Part shown: positions 40,200-51,864 of the stretch, piece by piece
Layout: each line of letters starts with the position of its first letter
Position numbering within the stretch: the first letter of the stretch is position 1
NCBI GenBank assembly: GCA_965215265.1
Contig: OZ244048.1
Span: 32,001-96,000 of the forward strand
DNA from: Candidatus Poribacteria bacterium
Lineage (GTDB): Bacteria > Poribacteria > WGA-4E > WGA-3G
Reading direction: 5' to 3'
DNA length: 64,000 nucleotides
The notes under the pieces: generated by a model
Told to the model about the DNA's origin: nothing
Seen by the model: the letters and a program-made list of their open reading frames with translations, nothing else
The model's database searches: none
Made by a program: the position numbers and the translations under genes

Positions 40200-40214
40200 A
40201 AAAAATGGGGGTAA
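40200..40214 (+). repeat. Right 15-bp direct repeat AAAAAATGGGGGTAA
   Basis: Matches 31357-31371. Confidence 0.6.
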
Positions 40215-40367
40215 GTGGGGATGGTACATTTTCCTTGTCATAGTGTGCAGCATAATGCTATAATAGTCTATGTTAGAATTTGACCTTGAGAGTTACACCT
40301 TAAATTAAGCAAGATTTATCCAACTTATATTTTGTGTAAATCGTAGTTATTATAAGGAAGGTTGAAC

Positions 40368-41111
40368 ATGAAAAAGTCTATTATGCTGATAAGCGGTGTC
40401 CTAATAGTTGGATGGGTTGGGATAATATCCGCTGGTGTCTGGACAGATCCGTTTGATGGTGCCGAACTTGTTGAGGAATGGAAATTTCGTGACTATCGGG
40501 ATAAGGTAACGACGTTTGAGGTGAAGGACGGTTTTTTACAGATGACAAATCCGGACGGCGGTTGGGGCCATACGACACCTGATAAGCCGATGCTGGAGCG
40601 TGAGATCCCCAAAAGTGCGGCGAAAAACCTAACCGTGAGCGGTATTTTTTCGACCGAGCCCGATAAACCGGCTGATTCTTGGATTGGCATTTTTATCTAT
40701 AGCGATGACGATTTGAATTATGCGTGTTTACTCTTTGGCGGTGAGGCAAATCAACCGCAGAAGACGCTCATCGGTAGTATGGTAGAAGCGAATTGGCAAG
40801 ATAAAGGGCATTTCCAAACCGGGTTTGATGTTCCAATTCATTTGAAAATCGTCAAAGAGGATGATCTTTTTTCCGGTTACTATCGTGAAAGTGAGAAAGA
40901 TGAGTGGACGTTGTCAGGTAGTAAAACGTGGAACCATAAGTTTGATGTAGAGCGTGTTGGGCTCGGATTCATGAACAGTTGGGGTGGCCAAACGGTTACA
41001 TTTCTTGTCGATACAGTCTCTATTGAAGGTGAAGGAATTAAACCTTTAGCGGTCGTTCCTCAGGATAAATTAACGACAACGTGGGGGACTTTGAAAGTGG
41101 CACGCGAATGA
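40368..41111 (+). CDS. Secreted concanavalin-like jelly-roll protein with a KLTTTWGTLK tail
   Basis: Signal peptide, 'WTDPFDG', beta-rich body, 'AVVPQDKLTTTWGTLK'. Confidence 0.75.
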   Translation: MKKSIMLISGVLIVGWVGIISAGVWTDPFDGAELVEEWKFRDYRDKVTTFEVKDGFLQMTNPDGGWGHTTPDKPMLEREIPKSAAKNLTVSGIFSTEPDKPADSWIGIFIYSDDDLNYACLLFGGEANQPQKTLIGSMVEANWQDKGHFQTGFDVPIHLKIVKEDDLFSGYYRESEKDEWTLSGSKTWNHKFDVERVGLGFMNSWGGQTVTFLVDTVSIEGEGIKPLAVVPQDKLTTTWGTLKVARE

Positions 41112-41388
41112 ATATAAATAGCGTGACTTTTCGAGAAAAGAGAGGTTCGCTGTCCCGGCAAATCTCTCTTTTCTGAGTCATCTTAATCTGCAAGGTAAGC
41201 GGAAATGGCAACGGCATCGGGACGGACGCTCCAAGCATTACAAGTAAGTTAGTTCATAAACTAAATGACTCTGGGGATGCCCAGGATGCGTTTTTCTCAT
41301 CTGCAATACTAATCAGGAGTATGAAGACCGATTAATAAAAATTTTGTAATACGAAAAAGATAAAAACATAAAGGAGAATGCTACTGCG

Positions 41389-44300
41389 ATGTCTTTCCCA
41401 AAAATGTCTGTAAACAACCCCGTGCTTGCTAACCTGTTGATGATTCTTATCATTGCTTTCGGAGTGTATGCCTGGGTAACCTTGCCACGGGAATTGACTC
41501 CGGAGATTGCGTTACAGACTGCTACTGTGACAACACTCTACCCTGGTGCCTCGCCTGAGGAGGTTGAAAAGCTTGTAACCGCGCCTATTGAAGACGTAAT
41601 AGAAGAGAATGTCAGCAAAATCAATCTCATGCTATCCACGTCGTCAGAGGGCCGTTCATTTATTTCGGTTGATTTTGAAGAAATGAGCGATCGGGATTTT
41701 GACAAGCAGCTTCAGAATCTCCGTTCTGCTGTGGAACAACTCAACGAATTGCCAGATGAGATTTTAGATGAGCCCAAAGTCCAAGAGCTTGATGTTTCGA
41801 GTGGTTTTCCAATGTTGACGGTTGTTGTCGGGGGTAGCATCGCAGAGTCGCAGATGCGGAGCATCGCAGAAAATCTCAAGGATGAGATTTTAGATATCAA
41901 AAATATCGCTGCAGTTCAACTCGCTGGGTACCGGGAGCGTGAGATTTGGATTGAAGTGGATCCGGATAAGCTCCGGGCCTATCGGTTACCTATTGCCGCT
42001 GTCAGCAATGCTTTGCGTGCGAGCAATTTGAATCTGCCAGCAGGTACGATGGAAATTGGAAACACAGAGTTTCGGGTTAGAACAATGGGCGAGTTTATAA
42101 ACCCGGATACGATTAACGAAACTATTGTGAGTGTCCAACCTACAGGTACACCTTTGCGGCTACGCGATATCGCCACCGTTTCGGACACCTACGAGGAAAT
42201 GCGAACGCTTTCACGCATCAATGGGCAGCCTTCAATCAGTTTAAGTGTTCAAAAAAAGAGTGAGGGCAATACCATCAGATTGGTTGAAAAACTGCGGGAA
42301 TTAGTTGCTAGCCGAAGAGGTGAGCTTCCACAAGGTGCTGAATTGGAAGCTGTCAACGACTATTCGGTTATCCTGAAGGAGCGTCTCGGCATTCTTCAAA
42401 CCAATGCAGGCTTTGGGTTAGTGTTAGTTGTGTTAATGCTGCTGGTTTTCATTGGCTGGAGGAACGCGCTATTTGCTGCTTTGGGCATCCCCGTGGCCTT
42501 CATGGCGACATTCTGGTTTATGTCTATGACAGATTACACGATTAGTAGTGTGTCTTTATTCGGGCTGATTTTAGTTGTTGGCATTGTGGTTGATGATGCG
42601 ATCGTTGTGATAGAAAACATCTACCGCCATATTCAGGCTGGTGAATCCCCGAAGGTGGCAGCTATTCGCGGTGCTGAGGAGGTCAGCTGGCCTGTATTAG
42701 CGGCGAGTTTAACAACCATCGGTGCGTTTGGCCCCTTGATGTTTATGTCGGGCGTTTCGGGGCAGTTCATGCGTGTTGTTCCGATCATGGCAATTCTGGT
42801 TTTGGCGGCTTCCTTATTTGAGGTTTTTGTGATTTTACCTGCCCACGTCTCAGAATGGGGAAAAGCAGAAAGTAGTGCGAAGCGAGGCAGCAAATGGTTT
42901 GCCGGTCTCCGAAGTCGCTATGTCCGCATCCTGAAAATAATACTTCGATGGCGTTACGCGTTCGTCGGGTTGGTGCTCGTTGCCGGTTCCGTTGCTTGTG
43001 TGGGTGCTTTCTTTACTCTTGACAAAGAGCTCTTCCCTGGTGAGGAGTTCCCACAATTCTATATCAAAGCCGAAATGCCCCCGGCTTATGGCATTCAAGA
43101 AACCGCGGCGGTTATCACGCAAATTGAAACCGTTACAAAAACGATTCCGGAGCATGAACGCGCCGCGATTGTAAGCAATATTGGTATTCATACGCCGACC
43201 GGAGGAGCTATTGAGGCAGTCACTTACGGTTCTAATTTCGGAGAAGTGTTAGTGGAATTGACCTCAAAGCGTGAACGGAGCCGTGGTGTGGATGAAATTA
43301 TCGCATCCCTGCGAAGCGACATTTCGAAAATTAGTGGCATTGAAAAACTCACGTTTGACAAGCTGCAAGGCGGTCCACCGCAAGGCGGCGACGTTGAAGT
43401 TAAGATTAAGGGACCACGCTTTGAACAACTCACCGAAATCTCCGGTATTCTCAAAGCAGAGTTGAATCAAATGGCCGGTGTCTACGATGTTCGCGACGAC
43501 TTCCGCGTCGGTAAATCGGAACTCCGAATTTATCTGAAGGAAGAGAAAGCCCATCAATACGGATTAAATACCCTCCAGATTGCCCAAACCGTCAGGACAG
43601 CTATTGAGGGTGCGAAAGCGACAACCTATCGCGAGGCCGATGAGGCGATTGATGTCATCGTCAAGTACCGAGAAGATGCCCTGCAAACCGTTACTGAGCT
43701 CAATAACCTTTTAATTTCAACGCCGACTGGTGCCATCGTACCGTTGAAGGATGTTGCTCGTATTGAAGAGGAAAAGGGATATAGCGATATCCGCCGCTTT
43801 GAAGGCGAACGCGCAATCACTGTTTTTGCCGCGGTTGATTCCGAAAAAAATAACCCTATCAATGTAAATGAGGCCTTAATCGGGGCTTTCGGAGATATTG
43901 AATCCTTGTATCCCGGCTATAGATTGGATTTCCGTGGGGTCTTTGACGAGATTATTGAATCCTTTTCAGAATTGTGGAAACTGTTCATCGTTGCAATTCT
44001 GATGATGTATATGGTATTAGGGGCACAATTTAAATCGTTTATTCAACCGCTTATCATTCTCTGCGCGGTTCCATTTGGCATGATAGGTGCGATGGTGGGA
44101 TTACTGCTGGGTGGTGCAACGCTCAGTATAGTTGCTATGTTCGGCATAGTTGCGTTATCCGGTATCGTTGTCAATGATTCAATTGTACTGATTGATTTTA
44201 TTAACAAGTACCGCGTGCGCGGTTACGACAAATGGCGAGCTATTCTGAAAGGTGGTTACGTCCGTTTACGTCCGATTATTTTAACGTCGATTACAACAAT

Positions 44301-44538
44301 TTTTGGGTTAATTCCGATGGCACTCGGATTAGGGGGAAAATCACCCATCTGGATGCCGATGGCGAATACGATTATATTCGGGCTTTCGGTTGCGACGTTG
44401 ATGACACTGTTTGTCATGCCTGCATTGTATGCGATTACCGTTGACCTGCGTGGCATTTTCATTAAACATGAAGAACGCGTCGCTGCACCTGTTGAGCGTG
44501 AGCAACCCGTGGGTGAGGCGGTTCTTGCCGGCGATTAG
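41389..44538 (+). CDS. RND efflux transporter permease (AcrB/AcrD/AcrF family)
   Basis: 'YPGASPEEVE', 'VGIVVDDAIVVIENI', 'GIVVNDSIVLIDF', 'RLRPIILTSITT'. Confidence 0.95.
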   Translation: MSFPKMSVNNPVLANLLMILIIAFGVYAWVTLPRELTPEIALQTATVTTLYPGASPEEVEKLVTAPIEDVIEENVSKINLMLSTSSEGRSFISVDFEEMSDRDFDKQLQNLRSAVEQLNELPDEILDEPKVQELDVSSGFPMLTVVVGGSIAESQMRSIAENLKDEILDIKNIAAVQLAGYREREIWIEVDPDKLRAYRLPIAAVSNALRASNLNLPAGTMEIGNTEFRVRTMGEFINPDTINETIVSVQPTGTPLRLRDIATVSDTYEEMRTLSRINGQPSISLSVQKKSEGNTIRLVEKLRELVASRRGELPQGAELEAVNDYSVILKERLGILQTNAGFGLVLVVLMLLVFIGWRNALFAALGIPVAFMATFWFMSMTDYTISSVSLFGLILVVGIVVDDAIVVIENIYRHIQAGESPKVAAIRGAEEVSWPVLAASLTTIGAFGPLMFMSGVSGQFMRVVPIMAILVLAASLFEVFVILPAHVSEWGKAESSAKRGSKWFAGLRSRYVRILKIILRWRYAFVGLVLVAGSVACVGAFFTLDKELFPGEEFPQFYIKAEMPPAYGIQETAAVITQIETVTKTIPEHERAAIVSNIGIHTPTGGAIEAVTYGSNFGEVLVELTSKRERSRGVDEIIASLRSDISKISGIEKLTFDKLQGGPPQGGDVEVKIKGPRFEQLTEISGILKAELNQMAGVYDVRDDFRVGKSELRIYLKEEKAHQYGLNTLQIAQTVRTAIEGAKATTYREADEAIDVIVKYREDALQTVTELNNLLISTPTGAIVPLKDVARIEEEKGYSDIRRFEGERAITVFAAVDSEKNNPINVNEALIGAFGDIESLYPGYRLDFRGVFDEIIESFSELWKLFIVAILMMYMVLGAQFKSFIQPLIILCAVPFGMIGAMVGLLLGGATLSIVAMFGIVALSGIVVNDSIVLIDFINKYRVRGYDKWRAILKGGYVRLRPIILTSITTIFGLIPMALGLGGKSPIWMPMANTIIFGLSVATLMTLFVMPALYAITVDLRGIFIKHEERVAAPVEREQPVGEAVLAGD

Positions 44539-44831
44539 GCGTTCTGTTTGATGCGTCTAAAACGATATTCATGAATAATGAACCTGCCCTTCTAGCTCTG
44601 CAAGTAGTATGAAATGCCCGAGGATGGCATTCGGTAAATCAAGGTGAATACGTCTATCTGAAGTGGGATTTTTCAGGATAAGAGGGGTGAGGAGCCAACT
44701 TCCTCGCTCTGGTAGCAGAGTAAAGTTGAATAACTCGCCTAATCCCTCTTATCCAAATCGATGGCGGATGCACGGCTAGGATGCAACGGTGGGAGAACGC
44801 CATCCGTTACCCTGCGGCAGGTAGCCCTAAA

Positions 44832-46868
<2,037 letters not shown>

Positions 46869-46877
46869 TCAACTTTC

Positions 46878-46964
46878 CTCAGGGTTTCCTACGCTGGCAT
46901 TACCCAGATCAGGTTCAAAGGGTGTATTCTCAGCTCTAGAATTGTTCCAAGAGCACCCCTGATG
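46878..46964 (-). promoter_or_regulatory. TPP riboswitch
   Basis: Minus strand AGGGGTGC..GCTGAGA..ACCCTTTGAACCTGATCTGGGTAATGCCAGCGTAGGAA, upstream of thiC. Confidence 0.95.
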
Positions 46965-47140
46965 TTGCATAAATAATATTACCACAGTTTGAAAAAGAAA
47001 GTCAAGGCCTTTTTTCAGCCCATCGAGAAAGGCTTGCAAATGCTATCACCATGTAGTATGATAAAATCATTTAGTCATCCGATGATTTTGCCGGATCGCT
47101 CAGTCTAAATTGGTGTCTTTTCAAATGGAGGAGGAACTAC

Positions 47141-48106
47141 ATGATGAAAATTGGATTTATCGGTGTTGGTGGTATTGCTGGCAATTATCGCCGAAGTCTG
47201 AAAAAACTTCAGCATCCCATAGCGGCAGTCTGTGATATAAACGTGGAACGTGCAGCGGCTGTCGCTGTAGAAGAAAATGCAACCGCATACACCGACCACG
47301 GTGAAATGCTACGTAAAGAGGGTCCGGATGTGGTTTTTACCTGCATCCCCCCCGGGGCCCACACGACGCAAGTTGCGGATGCGGCGGCATCAGGCATAGC
47401 ACTTTTTGTCGCCAAACCGGTAGCGCAGGATTTAGAAACTGCTCAACGCGCCCGTGATGCCATTAACTCCGCTGGTGTTATCAATCAGGTCGGTTATATG
47501 GCGCGTTATAGTGACATCACTGAGAAAGCAAAAGAGTTGATAGGAGATAAGAAACTCGCCATGGGGTTCGGACGGTTTCTAGCCCGGATGGGGAGCAACC
47601 ACCCGTGGTGGGGAAGGTACTCGGTCTCGTGCGGACAGATGGTAGAGCAGTCTACCCATGTTTTTGATTTGCTGCGCTACTTCCTTGGCGATATTGTCAG
47701 TGTTCACGCGTACGGTATTAAGGGCGTTTCCGAGGGCATCGCCGATTTTGAGGAGTGCACGGTGTGTAATCTGCAGTTCGAGAGCGGTGCGGTAGGCAAC
47801 ATCACCAGCACTTGTGTTGCCAGGGCCCACGAAAACTTCGCAACCGAATTGGTAGGCGACAATCTCTATCTTAAACTCATGCACGACTTGCAATTGCGTG
47901 GACAGGTTAGTGATGGAACCGTTGACTATACCGGTGCTGAGGCCGGGTACTACCGACAAGTTGAGCAGTTCATTAATGCAGTTGATGAGAATGAGCAGGG
48001 ATTAGTCCGCTCTTCTTATGCTGATGCTGTAGAGACGTTGGCTGTCACACTTGCGGCGAACAGGTCGCTTGAGACGGGCCAGGTTGAACAAATTGCGGTT
48101 TTTTGA
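47141..48106 (+). CDS. Gfo/Idh/MocA family oxidoreductase
   Basis: 'KIGFIGVGGIA', 'FVAKPVA', 'EQSTHVFDL'. Confidence 0.9.
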   Translation: MMKIGFIGVGGIAGNYRRSLKKLQHPIAAVCDINVERAAAVAVEENATAYTDHGEMLRKEGPDVVFTCIPPGAHTTQVADAAASGIALFVAKPVAQDLETAQRARDAINSAGVINQVGYMARYSDITEKAKELIGDKKLAMGFGRFLARMGSNHPWWGRYSVSCGQMVEQSTHVFDLLRYFLGDIVSVHAYGIKGVSEGIADFEECTVCNLQFESGAVGNITSTCVARAHENFATELVGDNLYLKLMHDLQLRGQVSDGTVDYTGAEAGYYRQVEQFINAVDENEQGLVRSSYADAVETLAVTLAANRSLETGQVEQIAVF

Positions 48107-48229
48107 GAAAAAAAGCTAAACTTTTCCCAGCCACTTGTATATATATATAATAGAGAGATGGAAACCATGTGACGAAAGACAGGCAGGTTTGGAAAAACAA
48201 GCACTTTTTGAGAAAAAAAGCTAAACTTT
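48099..48229 (+). repeat. Direct repeats TTTTTGAGAAAAAAAGCTAAACTTT (48099 and 48205)
   Basis: Read directly; inverted copy at 13500-13535. Confidence 0.85.
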
Positions 48230-48549
48230 GTGGTTCGAAAAAGTGAGGTTGAGTCCTTCCTTGAACACCTGCCCCGGCGGCTGCCCCGGCTCACCGAGAC
48301 AGAAAACATTGACTTCAATTATCATCGTGCCTTAACGCTTCAGCGAGCCATTGAAAAAGTACAAGGATAGTCTGAAAACTCTTATTCTGACCTGATTTGA
48401 TAAAACTTAGGGAAATCCTTAACTGTTTATCACTAGTTCACCCGCGGCAGTTAGCAAATGCCGTAGAGGCGCATAACCATAACTCTCTGTCTCATATCCT
48501 TTGATGGTATCCTCTTTCTTCACCTTGCTATATTCCGCATATTTTTAAT

Positions 48550-48578
48550 TTGACAAACACTTCTTCTTGAGGTATACT
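48550..48578 (+). promoter_or_regulatory. Sigma70 promoter
   Basis: TTGACA-17 nt-TATACT. Confidence 0.7.
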
Positions 48579-48840
48579 TAAAATTAACCTTTTGCGAAGA
48601 GAGCAAAAGTGTTCTTTAAAAGTGAAAGAATGAGTTGACGTGCCCGTTGAGAGTTTGTGAATGCACTTCATTTTTTGGAAAGTGCCTCACAAACACGATT
48701 TCCTTTTCTTGAGCACCTGTGTGCACGTCTGACGAATTGGCAAAAACGGTTGAAAACGTAGTCTGTTCGGAAACGTAGTCCGAACTATAAAGTCAAGTTT
48801 ATTCCCGAACGGGATAAAGAATAACAAGGAGTTAGATAAG

Positions 48841-50545
48841 ATGAAAAGAAGAATGCACCCCCCCCCTATGTATGTTAAGTGTTTTGGTTTGCGTGTTGAG
48901 TGTCGGATTTATCTCCTCGGTAATTTCGACATCTGCTCACGCTCAAAATAACGCAGCTATATTACAGAACGTTATACTGAATAATCCCTCGCATACTGGT
49001 ACATCTATGTATGCTACGTTTCGCAAAGCAGCCGAAGATGCAGGTTGGGCTGATTTTAGAGGACGAACGGGCTGGGGTTCACAGGATTTAGCAAGAGCTG
49101 GGAACCATCTAGTGACTGAGGGTCTCGTGGATGCGGAGACAGGTTATTCTACTGATAAGGCTCATGCGAGTCCTATAACGGCTGGCTTCTATAACGCCGG
49201 TGATACGATTCAAATTCAGCTCGTTTTCGATGTTGACGTGTTTGTCAATAAGGATCTTCGTCTCCAATTGCGCTTCGATGGTGCAAGTAGATGGGCCTCT
49301 CTTGACTTGGATTCCCTCACAGGGATAGCAGCTGGCACTTTCAGCGATTCCCATTATACAGCGCAACCTAATAATACGTATTACCAGACCACCAGTGGTG
49401 GTGATAAAACCTTAACCTTTGAGTATGAGGTCAGTTCAGCTGATAACGATAACGCTTTCAGTGGGATAGCTACTGCTATTGATAGGCGGGGTTTCTTTGC
49501 TATAGCCGAGGAAGACCTAACGCAGGGCGCAGGATGGTCGAGACAAGCAGGGCCGAATCAGATAAAATCAGAGCAGGAGGCTGCTATTGTTTCTGTCGCC
49601 CTGCTTAACGATAATCCTGTTCCATGGAACGCCAATAGGTGGAAAGATCATCCGACCACTCCATTCTGGAGTACGGAAGCCAGATACCTAGAAAATATTT
49701 ATCAAGTGTATGCTCTCGGTTATTCAGACGGGGCAAATACCTATTCACACGGGGTAGATACCTTCCGTGCAAGGACGTTCGTGTACAAATTTCCGTCGAC
49801 TGAAACCATTGAAACAGGTGACTTTGAGATAGAGATCAAGTTTTCTAATTGGGGAACTGGTTCCGGAGGGACAGATACCATTGCGGAAACCACGAGAGAC
49901 GATAGCTTCACAGCAGAAGATTTCGTGTTTACGGATTCTGAAGGTATGGAACTCAACGGTTGGACCGTTTCCGAGCCGATGTTTCATGCCCTCGATACGT
50001 TAGACCGAGGTGATCTGCCAGGTGCTTCCATCGCTGATAGGGTGAGAGACGCTGCAGGCTTCAAAGTCTACAGAGCGACTATCACGCCGCCGTTGAATTT
50101 TGACGGAGATGTGAAAATAACGGTGCCTGAGTATGCCACAATGGACATAGCGTTCAACCTGAGCCAGGCCTCGAATGTCCTGACGGTGTCTGTAAATACG
50201 GTTCGGGATGCGGCGCTCCTTGCGGGAATCAGGGAGGAACTCAACATCCCCGCGGGGACGGATGTCACCACGGCAGATCTGCTCCGCTTGACAAGCCTCG
50301 ATCTAAGTGGCTCAGACGTTAGCGATCTGACTTTCCTTCAATCCGCAACCAACTTGGAAGAGTTGGATCTCAGTGATACAGAAGTGTCGGAGATCTCAGC
50401 GCTGTCAACCCTCACCAGCTTGGTAGAGCTGTCTCTCTCGGGTACGCCAGTGTCGGATATCTCGCCGCTGTCAAACCTCACCAACTTGAAAAAGCTGGAT
50501 CTCAGTGATACGCCAGTGTCGAATATCTTGCCTCTGTCACAATAA
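48841..50545 (+). CDS. Secreted Ig-like + internalin-type LRR protein; frameshift at C9 in the signal peptide; C-terminus truncated
   Basis: SD AGGAG at 48827 and ATG 48841 'MKRRMH' are out of frame with ORF 48872; LRRs 'LTSLDLSGSDVSDL..LEELDLSDTEVSEISAL'. Confidence 0.8.
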
Positions 50546-50550
50546 TTAAC

Positions 50551-50675
50551 AACGGTGGGCGACGCTTAAGGCACAAGAGTCACCTCAGTGAGATGTAAAC
50601 TAACCTAACCTAACCTAACCAGGGGCAGCCACCCTCACAAGTGGTTGCCCCTATTTTTTTTGCTTTGGATAGATG
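50551..50675 (+). repeat. Direct repeat copy 1: WATLK tail + (TAACC)4 + terminator
   Basis: Matches 51865-51979. Confidence 0.95.
50621..50661 (+). terminator. Rho-independent terminator
   Basis: AGGGGCAGCCAC-loop-GTGGTTGCCCCT followed by a T-tract. Confidence 0.85.
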
Positions 50676-50759
50676 GCTCTGCTTTTGTGCCGGAAAATCC
50701 GATGCCCTAGTACGAGTCAAAACAGGCTCGATTTTCGCACCGGGGCTCCAAAAAAAGGG

Positions 50760-50789
50760 TTGACAACATAAAAGCGAGGCTGCTATACT
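50760..50789 (+). promoter_or_regulatory. Sigma70 promoter with extended -10
   Basis: TTGACA-18 nt-TATACT, TG immediately upstream of the -10. Confidence 0.7.
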
Positions 50790-50822
50790 TTATTATGAGA
50801 AGTGGAGCGTCTAAGCAGATAG

Positions 50823-51815
50823 ATGAGGCAAACTACCGCACCAGAGACATCCAAAGAAACACAAAGCAAACGCAAACTCTGGGACCCTTTCTTCAAAGAG
50901 TTCCTCGCGCTGCTATTCTCTGGGCTGGGTGCCTCTATAGAGACAGAGATAGAAGTCAACCGGTTGCCGCAGCGTATAGATGCACTCGCTCTCCTCGAAA
51001 GTGCCGCAGCCCGCGCGAGAGTGCATGCGAATCCGCTGCTCTCTTACTTACGCACGTATAATCTGTTCGAGTTCAAAGGGCAAAACGACCCGTTGAATGA
51101 ATCGGCGTATTACCGGATTTTTATGCGTGCGTGCGGCTATCTCGCAGCGCATAAGGTTCCAGACACGGAAGTTACTTTGACGATAGTGTCGTCTCGGAAG
51201 CCGCGGGCGCTGCTGACACATCCGCCTTTCGGGTTGCCGTGGGAGCCGCTAGCCCGGGGACATTATAGCCAGGCAGGTCTACCGGTGCATCTATTGGTTT
51301 GTAATGAAGTGGAATTGGTTGAGCCGAATTATTGGTTGCTGCTGTTTGCGTCGTCGCAGAAACAGTTTCGTGCGTTCCTGCGGCGGGTGATAACGGAAGA
51401 GAATACGTTATATTTTGACTCCGCGTTGTATTTGCAGCCGGAAGTCACGGAGGAGGTTTGTGAAATGGAAGGACATCAAGATTTCTTTCAGAGTCGTCTT
51501 CGCGAAGTTGCGACGACTTTGGGTCCGAAGCTGCTGTCGGCGCTGACTACGTCGGATAGATTGGCTCTGTTGAATGCGATGCCCGCGGCAGAACGTGCGG
51601 ATATGTTGGCGAGTCTACCCGCGGCAGAACGTGCGGATATGTTGGCGAGTCTACCCGCGGCAGAACGGGCGGATATGTTGGCACGCCTGAGTCCCGATGA
51701 GCGCGTCAAAGGACTCACTCCCGATGAGCGGTTAGCCGGACTTCATTTATCTCCGGCGGTGCGTGCAGAACTCGTGCGGCAGCTGGAGACAGCTGACAAT
51801 GACACCGACATGTAG
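50823..51815 (+). CDS. PD-(D/E)XK-like nuclease-fold protein with repetitive helical C-terminus
   Basis: 'WDPFFK', 'ETEIEV..PQRIDAL', 'NLFEFKG'; tail (PAAERADMLASL)3 and 'LSPDERVKGLTPDERLAGL'. Confidence 0.65.
   Translation: MRQTTAPETSKETQSKRKLWDPFFKEFLALLFSGLGASIETEIEVNRLPQRIDALALLESAAARARVHANPLLSYLRTYNLFEFKGQNDPLNESAYYRIFMRACGYLAAHKVPDTEVTLTIVSSRKPRALLTHPPFGLPWEPLARGHYSQAGLPVHLLVCNEVELVEPNYWLLLFASSQKQFRAFLRRVITEENTLYFDSALYLQPEVTEEVCEMEGHQDFFQSRLREVATTLGPKLLSALTTSDRLALLNAMPAAERADMLASLPAAERADMLASLPAAERADMLARLSPDERVKGLTPDERLAGLHLSPAVRAELVRQLETADNDTDM
51465..51815 (+). CDS. Putative intragenic small protein (116 aa)
   Basis: SD GGAGGAGGT at 51449-51457, 7 nt before in-frame ATG 51465. Confidence 0.55.
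   Translation: MEGHQDFFQSRLREVATTLGPKLLSALTTSDRLALLNAMPAAERADMLASLPAAERADMLASLPAAERADMLARLSPDERVKGLTPDERLAGLHLSPAVRAELVRQLETADNDTDM
51582..51682 (+). repeat. 36-bp tandem repeat, about 2.8 copies
   Basis: CCCGCGGCAGAACGTGCGGATATGTTGGCGAGTCTA. Confidence 0.95.
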
Positions 51816-51864
51816 CAGACAACCCGCTTGAAAGGGCATCTGAGTGCAGACGGAAAACTTACCG

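Noticed and set aside
48230-48370. Short frame 'VRKSEVESFLEHLPRRLPRLTETENIDFNYHRALTLQRAIEKVQG*'
   Set aside because: Looks protein-like but has no SD or identifiable family; at best another remnant.
50601-50620. (TAACC)4 resembling an arthropod telomere repeat
   Set aside because: Only 2-4 units inside a bacterial terminator region; consistent with a slippage microsatellite.
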